Of a stretch of DNA of 64,000 bases, positions 38,179-51,471 are shown piece after piece. The translations under genes were made by a program, and so were the position numbers. The notes under the pieces are model-generated. The model saw only the letters and a program-made list of their open reading frames with translations. It was not told where the DNA came from and made no database searches. Source of the stretch: Octopus bimaculoides (taxonomy: Eukaryota); NCBI RefSeq assembly GCF_001194135.2, contig NC_069003.1:16752999-16816998 (forward strand), written 5' to 3'. Numbering within the stretch: position 1 is the first letter of the stretch; each line of letters begins with the position of its first letter.

Positions 38179-39172
38179 GAAGGGGGTATCCAAAAGAAAC
38201 TGGAATTGTTTTCTGTGAGACAAGCCTGCAGTAGTTCAGGCTTCTGCCACTAGAAGTTACTTAATGTGACCCTCAGGCATCAGTCTGCTAACTGGTCTGG
38301 TTGAGTGAAGTCATATTGCCACTTTGTGTATCTTTGTTTGCAGTGTTTCTCCCCCTGTTCATTGATTTTTGTGATGGCTGAAATGAAGGAACAACATGCT
38401 TCCATGAAATTCTGTTTTCTACTGGGGAAAACAACAGCCAAAACAGTTGTCATGTTTCAAACAGCTTACAAGGACGTTTCCATGAGCTAAACACAAGTTT
38501 ACGAATGGTTTTCATGCTTTTGGAATGGTCACTTGTCACTTGAGGACTAACCTCGTTCTGGGTGACTGTTGACCTCCCGAAAGCTCATTAACTGATCTTG
38601 GAGGTTTGTCACAGAATAATTGATGAACTTGTTGATATGATTGGTGAGTCCTGGAGCTTCTGCCAATGAATTTTGAGTGAGGAATTGCGAATGAAAAGAG
38701 TTGCAGTAAAATTTGTGACTTGTTTTCTCACGGAAGATCAACATTAATCACAACTGAATGTGTGTCATGAACTGAAAGAGCAGTTGGAAGTGGTGGTCTC
38801 ATCATCACAATGCCCCCTAACCCTAACCACTTTGGGTGTGGAAGTTTCTGACCAAAAATGACATGACTCTGCTTACCCATCCTCCCTATTCACCCAATGT
38901 TGCTCCCTGTGATTTTCTTTTGGTCCTCTGGATGAAAAATGTCCTGGAAGGAAAACGCTTTGCAGTTGTGGAAGAAGTGAGGGAAAAATGATGGGGGCAT
39001 TAAAAGGCATCCCATTGCAAGAGTTTCAGGACTGTTTCAAACAGTGGAAAGCATCTGGACTGATATATTGTTTCAAATGGAGAATACTTTGAGGGTAATA
39101 AAAATGCAAGCATGTAAAATTAAGTGAATAAAATAATATTGTGAAATTCCGGTTTCTTTTGGGTAACCCTTC
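38179..39172 (+). mobile_element. Internally deleted mariner element with both TIRs
   Basis: ~28-bp TIRs gaagggggtatccaaaagaaactggaatt / aattccggtttcttttgggtaacccttc in TA context; EQHASMKFCFLLGK...QVYEWF and PYSPNVAPCDF. Confidence 0.9.
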
Positions 39173-39310
39173 ATATATAGTGAACATATATAAGCAGACT
39201 AAACTTAATATAGATAACATAGAGTAGTTCTCTAACCTCTTCATCCAGTAACTGTGCCTCTGCATCAAAAGTTGGCTATTAGAACAATCCTTACTGAGCT
39301 GCTATGGAGG

Positions 39311-39960
39311 TACAAGGGTCACCTGTAAAGTTCATAGGCTGACCACGATATTCACATGGAATGTAACCAAATGAGATTTATTTTTCAACATAGTCTCCCT
39401 TGCAGTTCACACACTTCTTCCCTCAATGTTGCAGTGCTTGGATCTCATTAGTGCGAAGTTTTAATCCTGCTGGTCAAACAAATCATCGTCAACAGACATG
39501 ACATCATCATCACTGCGATACTGGTTCCCAGTCAAGTTTTTTTTCATGTTGGAGAACAGATGATTGTCAGATGAGGCCAAATCAGGAGAAGACAGACGGT
39601 GATCAACCAGTTCAAAGCCACAGACATGCACAGCAGCCATTGAAAATAAGGACTTGTGTGCTGGAGCATTGTCCTGATGAAGCAAGATCGCTTTTGTCAG
39701 TTTTCCTGGGCTTTTGGTCTTGATAGCTTTATGTAACTGTCTCAGTAGGTTGACATAGTACTCTCTATTGATGGTGTGACCCTTTTGAAGATAGTCAATA
39801 AACACAATGCTTTTTGCATCTCAAAAAACCGAAGCCATCACCTTCTCTACAGATGGAACGACTTTGGCCTCCTTTAGGTGAGGAGGGGTGTTTCTTCAAA
39901 AATTCCAGGTTGATGTTGAGTGTGCTGGAAGACCATGAGTGAGGCACCCCTCAATTTTTG
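39311..39960 (-). mobile_element. Second mariner relic, C-terminal catalytic half
   Basis: LLHQDNAPAH...SPDLASSDNHLF; tacaaggg terminus at 39311. Confidence 0.9.
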
Positions 39961-40443
39961 TTAAAGCATGTCTCTAGGAGAAGGCCATACTGATATAAAA
40001 CTAAATATGCAGGGAATAGCTTCAAACATTTTTGGGATTTTTTTGCTTGTGCTTGAGATCATGGTACTCCCACATTCCTGGGCCTGTGATCCAGATTGGT
40101 ACTGGATATCTTGCCATAGTTTGTCTCTGGATCATGTCAGTAGGATAGAGAGGGCCTATGAGGTGCTATGCAAGCTTTGTTGGATGAAACATTTTAGGCT
40201 CACAGAAATTGCAGACATGAAACAGGGTGAAGCCAACTGCTGGTGCATGAACCTCATGCATGGGTGTTGCTGGCATTTTGCATCGGCAATAGTTTGTGAT
40301 GGTCTTCCTTGGTCATGAGTGGACAAACATCATCATCATCACATATATATATTACACACATACACACACACACACACATAAGTATACACACACATACATA
40401 TATGTGTATTTGTGTGTGTGTGTGTGTGTGTATGTGTATTTAG

Positions 40444-40528
<85 letters not shown>

Positions 40529-40559
40529 CACACACATATATATGTACACATCCCTTCAG

Positions 40560-41205
40560 GTAGATGGTCCTGCCTGATCTATAGAAAAGGCGTAGGTAGA
40601 AACTCCATAAGATGTACCTGGTATAAGCTATAGACACATAAGAGGTGCAGCAGTATCAAAGGAAGGCTAACTGGGGAGATAGATTTTGTGTGTGCCAGAT
40701 GTAAAGGGGCAATAAACACTGAAAATGTGCCGACAACAGCTTCTGTCACATTCCAGGGGGAAAAACTAGCAGTAGCTGATAGCTTCCGTTGTCTAGGTGA
40801 CTCTAAGATCATAGCTGCTAGAATAAGAATAGCTTGGGCAAAGTTCAGAGAGCTCCTACTTCTCCTGGAAACAAAGGGTCTCTCACTCAGAGTGAAAGGT
40901 AGACTGTATGATGCATGCGTATTATGAACCATACTACACAGCAGTGACACATGGGCTGTGACTGCTGAGGACATCTGTAAACTTGCAAGAAATGAAGCTA
41001 GTATGCTCTGCTGGATGTATAATGTCAGTGTGCATAAACGACAGAGTGTAAGCACTCTGAGAGAAAAGTTGGACATAAGAGGGATCAGATGTGGTGTGCA
41101 AGAAAGACAACTGTGCTGGTATGGTCATGTGTAGCGTATGGATGAGGACAGCTGTATTAAAAAGTGTCACACCCTAACAGTGGAAGGAACCCGTGGAAGA
41201 GGTAG
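40560..41205 (+). mobile_element. RTE LINE fragment (Cys/His insert to C-terminus)
   Basis: THKRCSSIKGRL...CARC; RIRIAWAKFRELL; CWYGHV. Confidence 0.9.
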
Positions 41206-41224
41206 ATTTATATATATTTGTTAC

Positions 41225-42035
41225 CAGCAGTAGCAGGAGCTCTCTGAACTTTACCCAGGCTATTCTTAATCTAGCAGCTATGCTCTCAGAACATTCACTC
41301 CTGCCACTGACTTAGTCACCTAGGTAATGGAAGCTATCAACTACTTCTAGTTTTTCCCACTGACATGTGACGGAAGCTGTTTTCTGCACATTTTCAGTGT
41401 TTATTGCCCTTGTGCATTTGTCACACACAAAAACTGTCTTCCCAGTTAGTCTTCCTTTGATACTGCTGCACCTCTTATGTGTCTAAAGCTTACACTGGGT
41501 ACATCTTATGGAATTCCTACTTATGCCTTTTCTACAGATTGAGTAGGGCCATATACCTGAAGGGATTTGTGATTTGTCTGCCTTCTTACTTACTAAAATT
41601 TTGGTTTTTGCTAGATTCACTCTAAGGCTCTTCGATTCTAGACCTTGCTTCCACACCTGAAACTTCTCCTCTAGTTCTGATAGTGACTCAGCAATTAGAG
41701 CAAGGTCATCAGCATAGAGGAGCTCCTAGAGGCATCCTGTCTTGAATTCCTCTGTTATTGCCTGGAGGACTATGATGAATAAGAAGGGGTTGAGGACAGA
41801 AACTTGGTGGACCCCTACATCTTCATTATACTCGGAATTCTTCTCTATATTCGTTGCCAACCTTCACCTTACTTACAGCATCTCTGTACATGGCTTGTAC
41901 AGCTCTCACTAACCATTCATCTATCCCTACTGTCAAAGGCTTTCTCAATGTCAATGAAAGCCAAGTACAGAGGTTTATCTTTGGCTAGGTATTTCTCCTG
42001 TAGCTGTCTTTCCAGAAATATAGCATCAGTGTCGC
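41225..42035 (-). mobile_element. RTE LINE RT fragment
   Basis: LLYADDL, F.DIEKAFD and VHQVSVL.P motifs on the minus strand. Confidence 0.9.
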
Positions 42036-43164
42036 TTCTCATATATATATATATATATATATATGAACTAGCCGGTATACAGCACTTACTCGGTATTACC
42101 TGTATCTTTGGGTTTAGTTAAATCCAATACCTTTCTTAACCTTATATATATATATATATATATATATCATAATATTAGGGATAAGAATCCAAAGTTACAG
42201 GTTAGAATTCAATTAAAATCAATTTATTAAAAATTAAAATTAAATTAAGTTTCACNNNNNNNNNNNNNNNNNNNNNNNNNNNNNNNNNNNNNNNNNNNNN
42301 NNNNNNNNNNNNNNNNNNNNNNNNNNNNNNNNNNNNNNNNNNNNNNNNNNNNNNNNNNNNNNNNNNNNNNNNNNNNNNNNNNNNNNNNNNNNNNNNNNNN
42401 NNNNNNNNNNNNNNNNNNNNNNNNNNNNNNNNNNNNNNNNNNNNNNNNNNNNNNNNNNNNNNNNNNNNNNNNNNNNNNNNNNNNNNNNNNNNNNNNNNNN
42501 NNNNNNNNNNNNNNNNNNNNNNNNNNNNNNNNNNNNNNNNNNNNNNNNNNNNNNNNNNNNNNNNNNNNNNNNNNNNNNNNNNNNNNNNNNNNNNNNNNNN
42601 NNNNNNNNNNNNNNNNNNNNNNNNNNNNNNNNNNNNNNNNNNNNNNNNNNNNNNNNNNNNNNNNNNNNNNNNNNNNNNNNNNNNNNNNNNNNNNNNNNNN
42701 NNNNNNNNNNNNNNNNNNNNNNNNNNNNNNNNNNNNNNNNNNNNNNNNNNNNNNNNNNNNNNNNNNNNNNNNNNNNNNNNNNNNNNNNNNNNNNNNNNNN
42801 NNNNNNNNNNNNNNNNNNNNNNNNNNNNNNNNNNNNNNNNNNNNNNNNNNNNNNNNNNNNNNNNNNNNNNNNNNNNNNNNNNNNNNNNNNNNNNNNNNNN
42901 NNNNNNNNNNNNNNNNNNNNNNNNNNNNNNNNNNNNNNNNNNNNNNNNNNNNNNNNNNNNNNNNNNNNNNNNNNNNNNNNNNNNNNNNNNNNNNNNNNNN
43001 NNNNNNNNNNNNNNNNNNNNNNNNNNNNNNNNNNNNNNNNNNNNNNNNNNNNNNNNNNNNNNNNNNNNNNNNNNNNNNNNNNNNNNNNNNNNNNNNNNNN
43101 NNNNNNNNNNNNNNNNNNNNNNNNNNNNNNNNNNNNNNNNNNNNNNNNNNNNNNNNNNNNNNNN

Positions 43165-43344
43165 CACGTAAAAGCACCCACTACACTCTCTGAGTGGTTG
43201 GCGTTAGGAAGAGCATCCAGCTGTAGAAACTCTGCCAAATTAGATTGGAGCCTGGTGTAGCCATCTGGTTGCACCAGTCCTCAGTCAAATCGTCCAACCC
43301 ATGCTAGCATGGAAAGCGGACGTTAAACAATGATGACGATGATG

Positions 43345-43345
<1 letters not shown>
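43165..43345 (+). mobile_element. RTE 3'-end / RTE-tailed SINE copy
   Basis: Same sequence as 31124-31330. Confidence 0.85.
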
Positions 43346-43380
<35 letters not shown>

Positions 43381-43382
<2 letters not shown>

Positions 43383-44835
43383 GTTGTTATGACCACTATA
43401 GCAATAATGTCACTACCTCAGTAATGATATCATTATTTTTTTCTGTATATAAGTTATCATCGATCTTCAAATCTCACTAGCTGATATCTTTGTTGATATT
43501 TGAGTGAAAGGTAGACTGTATGATGTATGTGCATGAACAGCCATGCTACACAGCAGTGAAACATGGGTTGTGACTGCTGAGGACACACATAGGCTTGAAA
43601 GAAGTGAAGCTTATGCTCTGCTGGATGTGTAATGCCAGTGTGCATACACGACAGAGTGTAAGTGCCCTGAGAGAAAAGTTGGACTTAAGAAGCATCAGAT
43701 GTGGTATGTAAGACTGACGACTGCGTTGGTATGGTCATGTATTGCATATGGATGAGGACAGCTGTGTGAAGAAGTGTCACACCCTGACAGTGGAGGGAAC
43801 CTGTGGAAGAGAGAGACAGTGAAACATGGGCTGCAACTGCTGAGAACATGCATAGGCTTGAAAGAAATGAAGCTAGTATGATCTACTGTGCATACACAAC
43901 AGAGTGTAAGTGCCCTGAGAGAAAAGATGTGGTGTGCAAGACAGACAACTGCACTGGTATGATTATGTATTGCATATGGATGAGGACAGCTGTGTGAAGT
44001 GTCATACCCTAACAGTGGGGGGAACCTGTGGAAGAGATAGACCCCCCAAGAAGATATGGGATGAGGTGGTGAAGCATGACCTTTGAACGTTGGGCTTCAT
44101 GGAGGCAATGACAAGCAACCAAGACCTTTGGCGATATGCTATGCCAAGCACGTCAAGTGTGACCATAACCATGGCCTATGCCAGTGTAGCATAATCGGCC
44201 CATTTAAGAGTATCCTTCAATCATTGGGCAATAAACTGTGCTTGAGAAGACCTATTGAATCAAGTGAAATCATTGTCGTGGCCGATGCCAGTACCACCTG
44301 ACTGACACATAAAAAGCACCATTCGAGCGTGGCTTTTACCAGTGCCACCTGACTGGCTCCCATGCTGGTGCCATATAAGAAGCACCATTTGAGCATGGTC
44401 AATGCCAGTACCACCTGACTGGCACGTAAAAAGCACCCACTACACTCTTGGAGTGGTTGACGTTAGGAGGGGCATCCAGCTGTAGAAACCTTGCCAGATC
44501 ATAAGGCAGTGAGCTGGCAGAAATGTTAGCACGCCGGGCGAAATGCTTAGTGGTATTTCGTCTGCCGTTATGTTCTGAGTTCAAATTCTGCTGAGGTCAT
44601 CTTAGCCTTTCATCCTTTCGGGGTCGATAAATTAAGTACCAGTTACGCACTGGAATCATTGTAATCAATTTAATCCCTTTGTCTGTCCTTGTTTGTCCCC
44701 TCTGTGTTTAGCCCCTTGTGGGCAATAAAGAAATAAGAAACCTTGCCAGATCAGATTGGAGCCTAGTGCAACCTCCTGAGTCAAACCGTCTGACCCATGC
44801 CAGCCTGGAAAGCGGACATTAAATGATGATTATGA

Positions 44836-44840
<5 letters not shown>
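43381..44840 (+). mobile_element. Inverted duplicate of 34283-35402 (flank + truncated RTE + tail)
   Basis: Shares the RTE 5' truncation point and ~120 bp of minisatellite flank with 35270-35402; embedded in (TA)n. Confidence 0.85.
44502..44735 (+). mobile_element. SINE nested in RTE 3' UTR with 18-bp TSD
   Basis: agaaaccttgccagatca at 44484-44501 and 44736-44753. Confidence 0.9.
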
Positions 44841-44871
<31 letters not shown>

Positions 44872-45295
44872 GTACAATAAATTTTCATAAGGCAGAAATA
44901 AAAAGCAAGAAATCATATATTTGGTAATAGAGTCAGTATATTGTTTATACAATATTATACATACAGCCTCATAGCAGTCAATTCATAATCTTATGTTAAA
45001 CAACCTTTCCAAGTCTTGAAATTGACAATCATCAGACAAGGCTGGAAGGAAGAAGGGCATAGCCACTGTTTCAGTCTAACTAGTAATATCATTTAAACTC
45101 ACAAATATATAAAGAACAACATTAACTTATTTATTGTAGCATGAAATATAAAAGAGCATAATTTCCACATACATAAAGCTTGAAAAATCAAAAAAACATT
45201 TTAGCAGTTTAGTTAATTTTGGTGGCGGCGGCACCAGTGGTGGTGGTGGTGGTGAGGGTTAGTATGGTGATGGTTATAAATATTGAACCACTTAC

Positions 45296-45399
45296 TTTTT
45301 TGAATGCCATGCCTGATCATGTGATGAGTGACCTTTCCATATCTTGAACACAGTTGATACATTTTGGTGATGATACTGGGTTAAAACACAATAGCTAGC
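45296..45399 (-). other. Candidate 104-bp exon of a minus-strand transcript
   Basis: Acceptor ttcttcttctgcag, donor AAA|GTAAGT; one open frame ASYCVLTQYHHQNVSTVFKIWKGHSSHDQAWHSK; no partner exon identified. Confidence 0.35.
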
Positions 45400-45421
45400 C
45401 TGCAGAAGAAGAATATATATC

Positions 45422-45460
<39 letters not shown>

Positions 45461-45469
45461 ATGATCATC

Positions 45470-47480
45470 ATCATTATTTAACGTCTGCTTTCCATGTTGG
45501 TATGGGTTAGACGGTTTAACCGGAACTGGTAAGCCAGAGAGCTGCATTGGATTCCAGTCTGATCTGGCATAATTTTTTATGGCTAGATGCCCTTCTTAAA
45601 GCCAGCCACTCTGAGAGTGTAATACGTGCCTTTTACATGCCACCGGCATGGGTGCCATTTATATGACACCGGTAAGAGCCATGGCTATGATTTTTGTGTG
45701 TCATTTACATGACTTTGGCAAAAGTCATGACTATGGTTTCATTTGGCTTGAGAAATCTACACTTAGCTTGACAAGCACAGCATATCATCAAAGTCTCAGT
45801 CACTCTTCATCACCTTGGTGAGGCTCAACATTCAAAGATCATGCTTCATCACCTCATCCCTTGCCGCTATGAAGCTCAACATTTGAATGTCATACTACCA
45901 GCAACGGCCACAACTACAATTTCATGAGTACCATTTACAAGACACTTGCAACCTCCATAACTACAATTTCACTTGGCTTGACAAGTCTTCTTGAGCACAA
46001 CATATCACCAAAGGTCTCTGTCACTATTCATCACCTCTGTGAGGTCCAACATTGTAAGATCATGCCTTGCCACCTCATTCCATGTCTTCCTGGGTCTATA
46101 TCATTATCATCATCATCATTTAACATCCGTTGTCCATGCTAGCATGGGTTGGACGTTTTGACCAGGGCTGGCAAACTGAGGGGCTGCATCAGACTCCAGT
46201 CTTATTTGGCATGGTGCTTTTTATGTGCCACTGGCATGGATGCCTGTTACAAGACACCAGTATCAGCCACATTGCCTCTATGAGGCCCAATGTTCAAATG
46301 GTGCTTTTTATGTGCCACCAGCACGGTGCCATTTACATGACACCAGCAACAGCCACAACTACAATTTCATGGGTGCTATTTACATAACACTGGTAATGGC
46401 CATGACTATGATTTCACTTGGCTTGATGAATCTTCTCAAGCACCATCTATCGCCAAAGTTTTGGTCACTTGCCATCACCTCTGTGAGGCCCAACATTTAA
46501 AGATCATGCTACCAGCAATGGCTACAACTTACAATCTCACTTGACTTGATGAATTTTCTCAAGCTCCACATATCACCAAATGTCTCAGTCACTTGTCAGA
46601 TCAGACATCTCCATGAGGCCCAACATTTGAAGATCATGTTACCAGCAATGGCTACCAGCTATTGCTACCTCTTCCACAGTTAGGGCTCAGCACTTCTTCA
46701 CACGGTTGTCCTCATCCATCCACATCACGTGACCATACCAGTGCATTTGTCTCTCTTGAACAATTCTTATGCCTCTTATGCCCAGTTTTTCTCTCAAGAC
46801 ACTTACACTCTGTTGTACATACTCACTGACATTGTACATCCAGCGAAGCATGCTAGCTTCATTTCTTTCAAGCTTACACATGTCCTCTGCAGTCATAGCC
46901 CACAATTCACTGCTGTGTAGCATGGCTGTTGACACACAGGCATCATATAGTCAGCCTTTCATTCTGAGCAAGAGGCCCTTTGTAACCAACACAGGCAGGA
47001 GCTCTCTGAACTTTGCCCACCCTATTCTTATTCTAGCAGCAACACTCTCAGAGCATCCACCTCTACTGCTGACTTGGTCACCTAGATAACGGAAGCTATC
47101 AACTATTTTTAGGTGTCCCTCCCCTCGTATTTGATGGAGTCAATTTTCTATACATTTCTAGTGTTTATTGTACCTGTACATCTGTCACATACAAAGACTA
47201 TTTTCCCTGTTAACCTTCCCCTGACATTGCTGCATCTCTTATGTGTCCATAGGCTGCACCCAGGAAAATCTTATTGAGTTTCTACCTATGCTTTTTCTAC
47301 ATGTCAAGCAGGGCCATCTACCTGAAGAGATTTGTGATTTGTCTGCTTTCCTACTTACTAAGACTTTGGCTTTTGCTAAATTAACTCTAAGGCCTTTTGA
47401 TTCTAGACCTCACTTCCACACCTGAAACTTCTCTAGTTCTAGTAGTGATTCAGCTATAAGAACAAGGTCATCAGTATGGA
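45470..47480 (-). mobile_element. Cluster of RTE 3' ends (several ~120-bp tandem copies) plus RT fragment
   Basis: Repeated ...aagcacagcatatc...gaggcccaacatt units at 45730-46640; MLHSSELWA...WYGHVM and RT motifs at 46687-47480. Confidence 0.8.
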
Positions 47481-47733
47481 AGAGCTCTATGTATTTTCTA
47501 TGTGTATGTATGTGTATATGTGATATCTAAATATGTGTACATATAATATCAGGTGCGTATATATCATGTTACTCTGTGGAATCTTTTACAATATGAACTT
47601 AATTTAATGAGTAGGTAAAAAGGTTTTTTTGTTTTCCATAATTCACATCGTTTTTGTATTGAGTTTCTAAGTTATAGTTAATTGTTTATTATCTTAAAAC
47701 ATTTTGATATAACTCATCATATGTTAAAGTGTG

Positions 47734-47773
<40 letters not shown>

Positions 47774-48549
47774 CACGTGCGCATGCATGTGCGCACGCGC
47801 GTGTATGTACTGGGCATAAGAGAAATCAGATGCAGCATGCAGAAAGACATGAGATGAAGCAGCGAGGACCGATCTCAAAATGTTGAGGCCTTGTAGAGGA
47901 AATGATAATGGACTGAGATGTCTAGTGATATGAGGTTCTTGAGAAGTCCTGCCCTCCTCACAGAAACTGAGTTCTGGAAGTGCTTTGTGTTCCATCCACA
48001 TGTAGCATTAAATTATTCACTCATCCTACCCAATAAATCAAACTACATCTCTTTTTCTTCTCTTCTTCATATTTCTTATTTTATATGCACTATGCTTATA
48101 TTTCCTTCCCCACCCTTGTGGCCCAATCCTATCCTTCCTGCCCTGTTCACTGTATCATTGCTATCCTGTTGTCCTTCCTACATATACCAAGGTTTCACTA
48201 GTCATTGCTACCCCCACTCTCCTCTCTTTTTGTATTCATCTAAACTCCTTACTCATGTACTTTTGGTAATCCTCTACCATTTATTTATATTCTCATCCTT
48301 GTACCAAGAAAGTATGTTCTAGCACATCACCATCATATTTCTTGCTCTCTTCCACTCTCATTCTCATTCATTCTCGCTCATTCTCTTCCTCTCTCTATCT
48401 CTCTCTCTCTCACTCTCTTTCACTTTCTCCCTCTAACTGGGGTAACAATGTATCAATCTCTACAGCAAAACACCAGCTTCTGTCTCTCTGTCATACTCTA
48501 ACCTGTCATAACTTGACACAAAGCCACCTCCTCCAATATCACTCCACCT

Positions 48550-48990
48550 CTCAAAGGATCTTTGTCTTGCAGGTTATTTTATGACTTTGCCTGTGCTGGT
48601 GCCATATGAAAAGTACCCTGTCCACTCTGTAAGTTGGTTGGCATTAGGAAGAGCATCCAACTGTAAAAACTATGCCAAACAGACCTCACTTGTGCTGATG
48701 TTGGTGCAATGTAAAAAGCACCCAGGCCACTCTGTAAAGTGGTTGGCATTAGGAAAGGCATCCGACCATGAAAACCATGCCAAAACAGACCTTGCCATTG
48801 CTGGTGCCACATAAAAGCACTCAGTCCATTCTGTAAAGTGGATGGTGCTGGAAAGGGCATCCATTTGTAAAAACCATGCAAAAACATACAGTGGAGCTTG
48901 GTGCCATCCTCTGGCTTGCCAACTCCTGTGAAACCAGCCAACCCATGCCATCATGGAAGACAAACATTAAATGATGATGATAATGATGAT
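48550..48990 (+). mobile_element. RTE 3'-end copy with three ~100-bp tandem units
   Basis: Three repeats of aaaagcacc...ctctgtaaagtggttggcattaggaagggcatcc...aaaaccatgccaaa, then a (GAT)n tail. Confidence 0.8.
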
Positions 48991-49003
48991 ATATATACAT
49001 GTG

Positions 49004-49046
<43 letters not shown>

Positions 49047-49768
49047 ACGTGTGCATGTGTGTGTGTGTATGTGTATCTATTTGTGTATGAGTATACACAT
49101 ACACATACATAAATAAATTATTTGTTATCAAAGTCAAAACAGCCATTTAGAGACAGATAAGTTATTTTAATTAGTCAAAAATATTCTCTTAAAGTACAGA
49201 AGGAGTACAATGACTATGAACAGAGGAGGAAAAAAAATCTTTGAACCAGGTTATACTTAATTCAACCAGAGAATATGTATATGTATGTGTATGAGAGAAA
49301 GAGAGAGAGAGAAAGAGAGAGCGAGAGAAAGAGAGATTGAGAAAGAGTGAGAGAGAGAGAGAAAGAGAGTGTGTGTATGTGAATGTGTGTATATAAGTGT
49401 ATGTGTGAATGTGTGCATATAAGTGTGTGTGTATGCGTCATCCTTGCAAGTAAGTTTTAACTTTATATTTCTGACGCGACTCTATCTTTGTTTCTTTCTC
49501 CCCCTCTCGTTCTTCCATCTGTTGTTCTTTGCCTCTCCCCTTCACTACTATATCTCTCTCTTCCTCCCTGTCTCTTGCTGCTCACCTATATTCTACTTCC
49601 TCCCCTTTTTCTCCCTCTACCACTCTTTCTCCTTACCCCTCGCTGGTCACATGTGCCCAGCTACGTCTTTTTGCAACGTCCTGTACCCAGATATGCATCT
49701 ATATATAGATGTAGATGTAGGTATGTACATACATGTACGTATATATGCATATACTCATATATTTTTTG

Positions 49769-49865
<97 letters not shown>

Positions 49866-49914
49866 TACACACACATATATACATTGCACACAGATATTCT
49901 AAAAAGTAAATAGC

Positions 49915-50975
49915 CACCCCAAGATGCAGTTTGGTTTTGTGCCAAGGAGAAGCACCACTGATGCTATATTTCTGGTAAGACAGCTGCAGGAGATAAACCT
50001 CTGTACTTGCCTTTTGTTGACATGGAGAAAGCCTTTGACAGGGTTCCCCAATCCCTTATATGGTGGTCAATCTGGTAACTATGGATAGACAAGTGGTTGG
50101 TGAGAGCTGCCAGGGATGCTGTCAGTAAGGTGAGTGTTGGCAATGAATATAACAAAAATTTCTGGGTAGAGGTAGGGGTTCATCAAGGATCAGTCCTTAG
50201 CCCCGCCTTGTTCATCATAGTCCTCCAGGCAATAACAGAGGAATTTAAGACAGGCTGCCTCTGGGAGCTCCTATATGCTGATGACCTTGTTCTTATAGCT
50301 GAATTACCACCTGAACTAGAGAAGTTTAAGGCGTGGAGGCAAGATCTAGAATTGAAGAGCCTTAGGGTTAACCAAGCAAAACCCAAAGTCTTACTAAGTA
50401 AGAAAGTAGACAAATCAGAAATCCCTTCAAATAGATGACCCTGCTTGGTCTGTAGGAAAGGTATAGGTAGAAACTTCATAAGATGTACCCAGTGCAACCA
50501 ATGAACTCATAAAGGGCACAGCAATATCAGAGAAAGGTTAACAGTTTTTGTATGTGGAAGGTGAACAGGTACGATTAAAACTAAAAATGTATAGGAAATA
50601 GACTCCTTCAAATGCCAAGGGGAAAAACTAGAAGTAGTTGATAGCTTCCATTATCTAGGTGACCAAGTGAATAGTAGGGGTGAATGCTCCGAGAGTGCAG
50701 CTGCTGGAATAAGAATAGGTTGGGCAAAGTCCAGAGAGCTCCTACCTGTGTTGATAACAAAGGGCCTCTCCCTCCAAGTGAAAAGCAGATTGTATGATGC
50801 CTGTGTGCAAACATGCTATGCAGCAGTGAAACATGGGTTGTGACTGCAGTGAACATGTGTAGGCTTGAAAGAAATGAAGCAAGCATGCTTCACTGGATGT
50901 ACAATGTCAGTGTGCATGCATGACAGAGTGTAAGTGTCTTGAGAGAAAAGTTGGGCATAAGAGGCATCAGCTGAT
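49915..50975 (+). mobile_element. RTE LINE RT fragment
   Basis: GVHQGSVLSP, WELLYADDL, Cys/His insert, FHYLGDQ. Confidence 0.92.
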
Positions 50976-50984
50976 GTTTGTAGA

Positions 50985-51471
50985 GACCACAGCTTATGGA
51001 GAACTAGCCCATAGATTTTGAAAAGCTCTGAAGGAGGCTAAACTCAACATTAAGATCGTCGAAAAGCCAGAGAGCTCCATCAGATCACAACTATGTAGGA
51101 CGTACCCCTTTGAGAATACCACATGCACCAATGATAACTGCATGGTATGTAAGATTAACCCTGGCATTAACTAGAAATGTAGTCTACAGCATAAAGTGCA
51201 TAGTGGGTGCTTGTAAAGACAAGAACATAATATACATAGTGAGACATTTAGAAGCAGTGCGGAGAGACTAAATGAACATTTGAGACTATATGACGACAAA
51301 AATCCATCCTCCATACTCTACCAACATGCCAAAGACCAACATGGAGTCAAACAGGGTCAACTTGACATCTGCATTTTATCCAAGCACCCGAAGGACACAA
51401 CACTCAGACAAGTACAAGAGTACGTCCTCATTGATGAAACATTTCCAGTACTAAAGAGGAAATATACATAG
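50985..51471 (+). mobile_element. Penelope-like GIY-YIG endonuclease fragment with Cys-rich linker
   Basis: IKIVEKP...TCTNDNCMVC; NVVYSIKC...YI(G)ET.R...RLNEH...SILYQH; frameshifts. Confidence 0.85.

Noticed and set aside
51019-51021. In-frame TGA in the PLE fragment as selenocysteine
   Set aside because: The fragment also has frameshifts, and the position is consistent with CGA-to-TGA decay.
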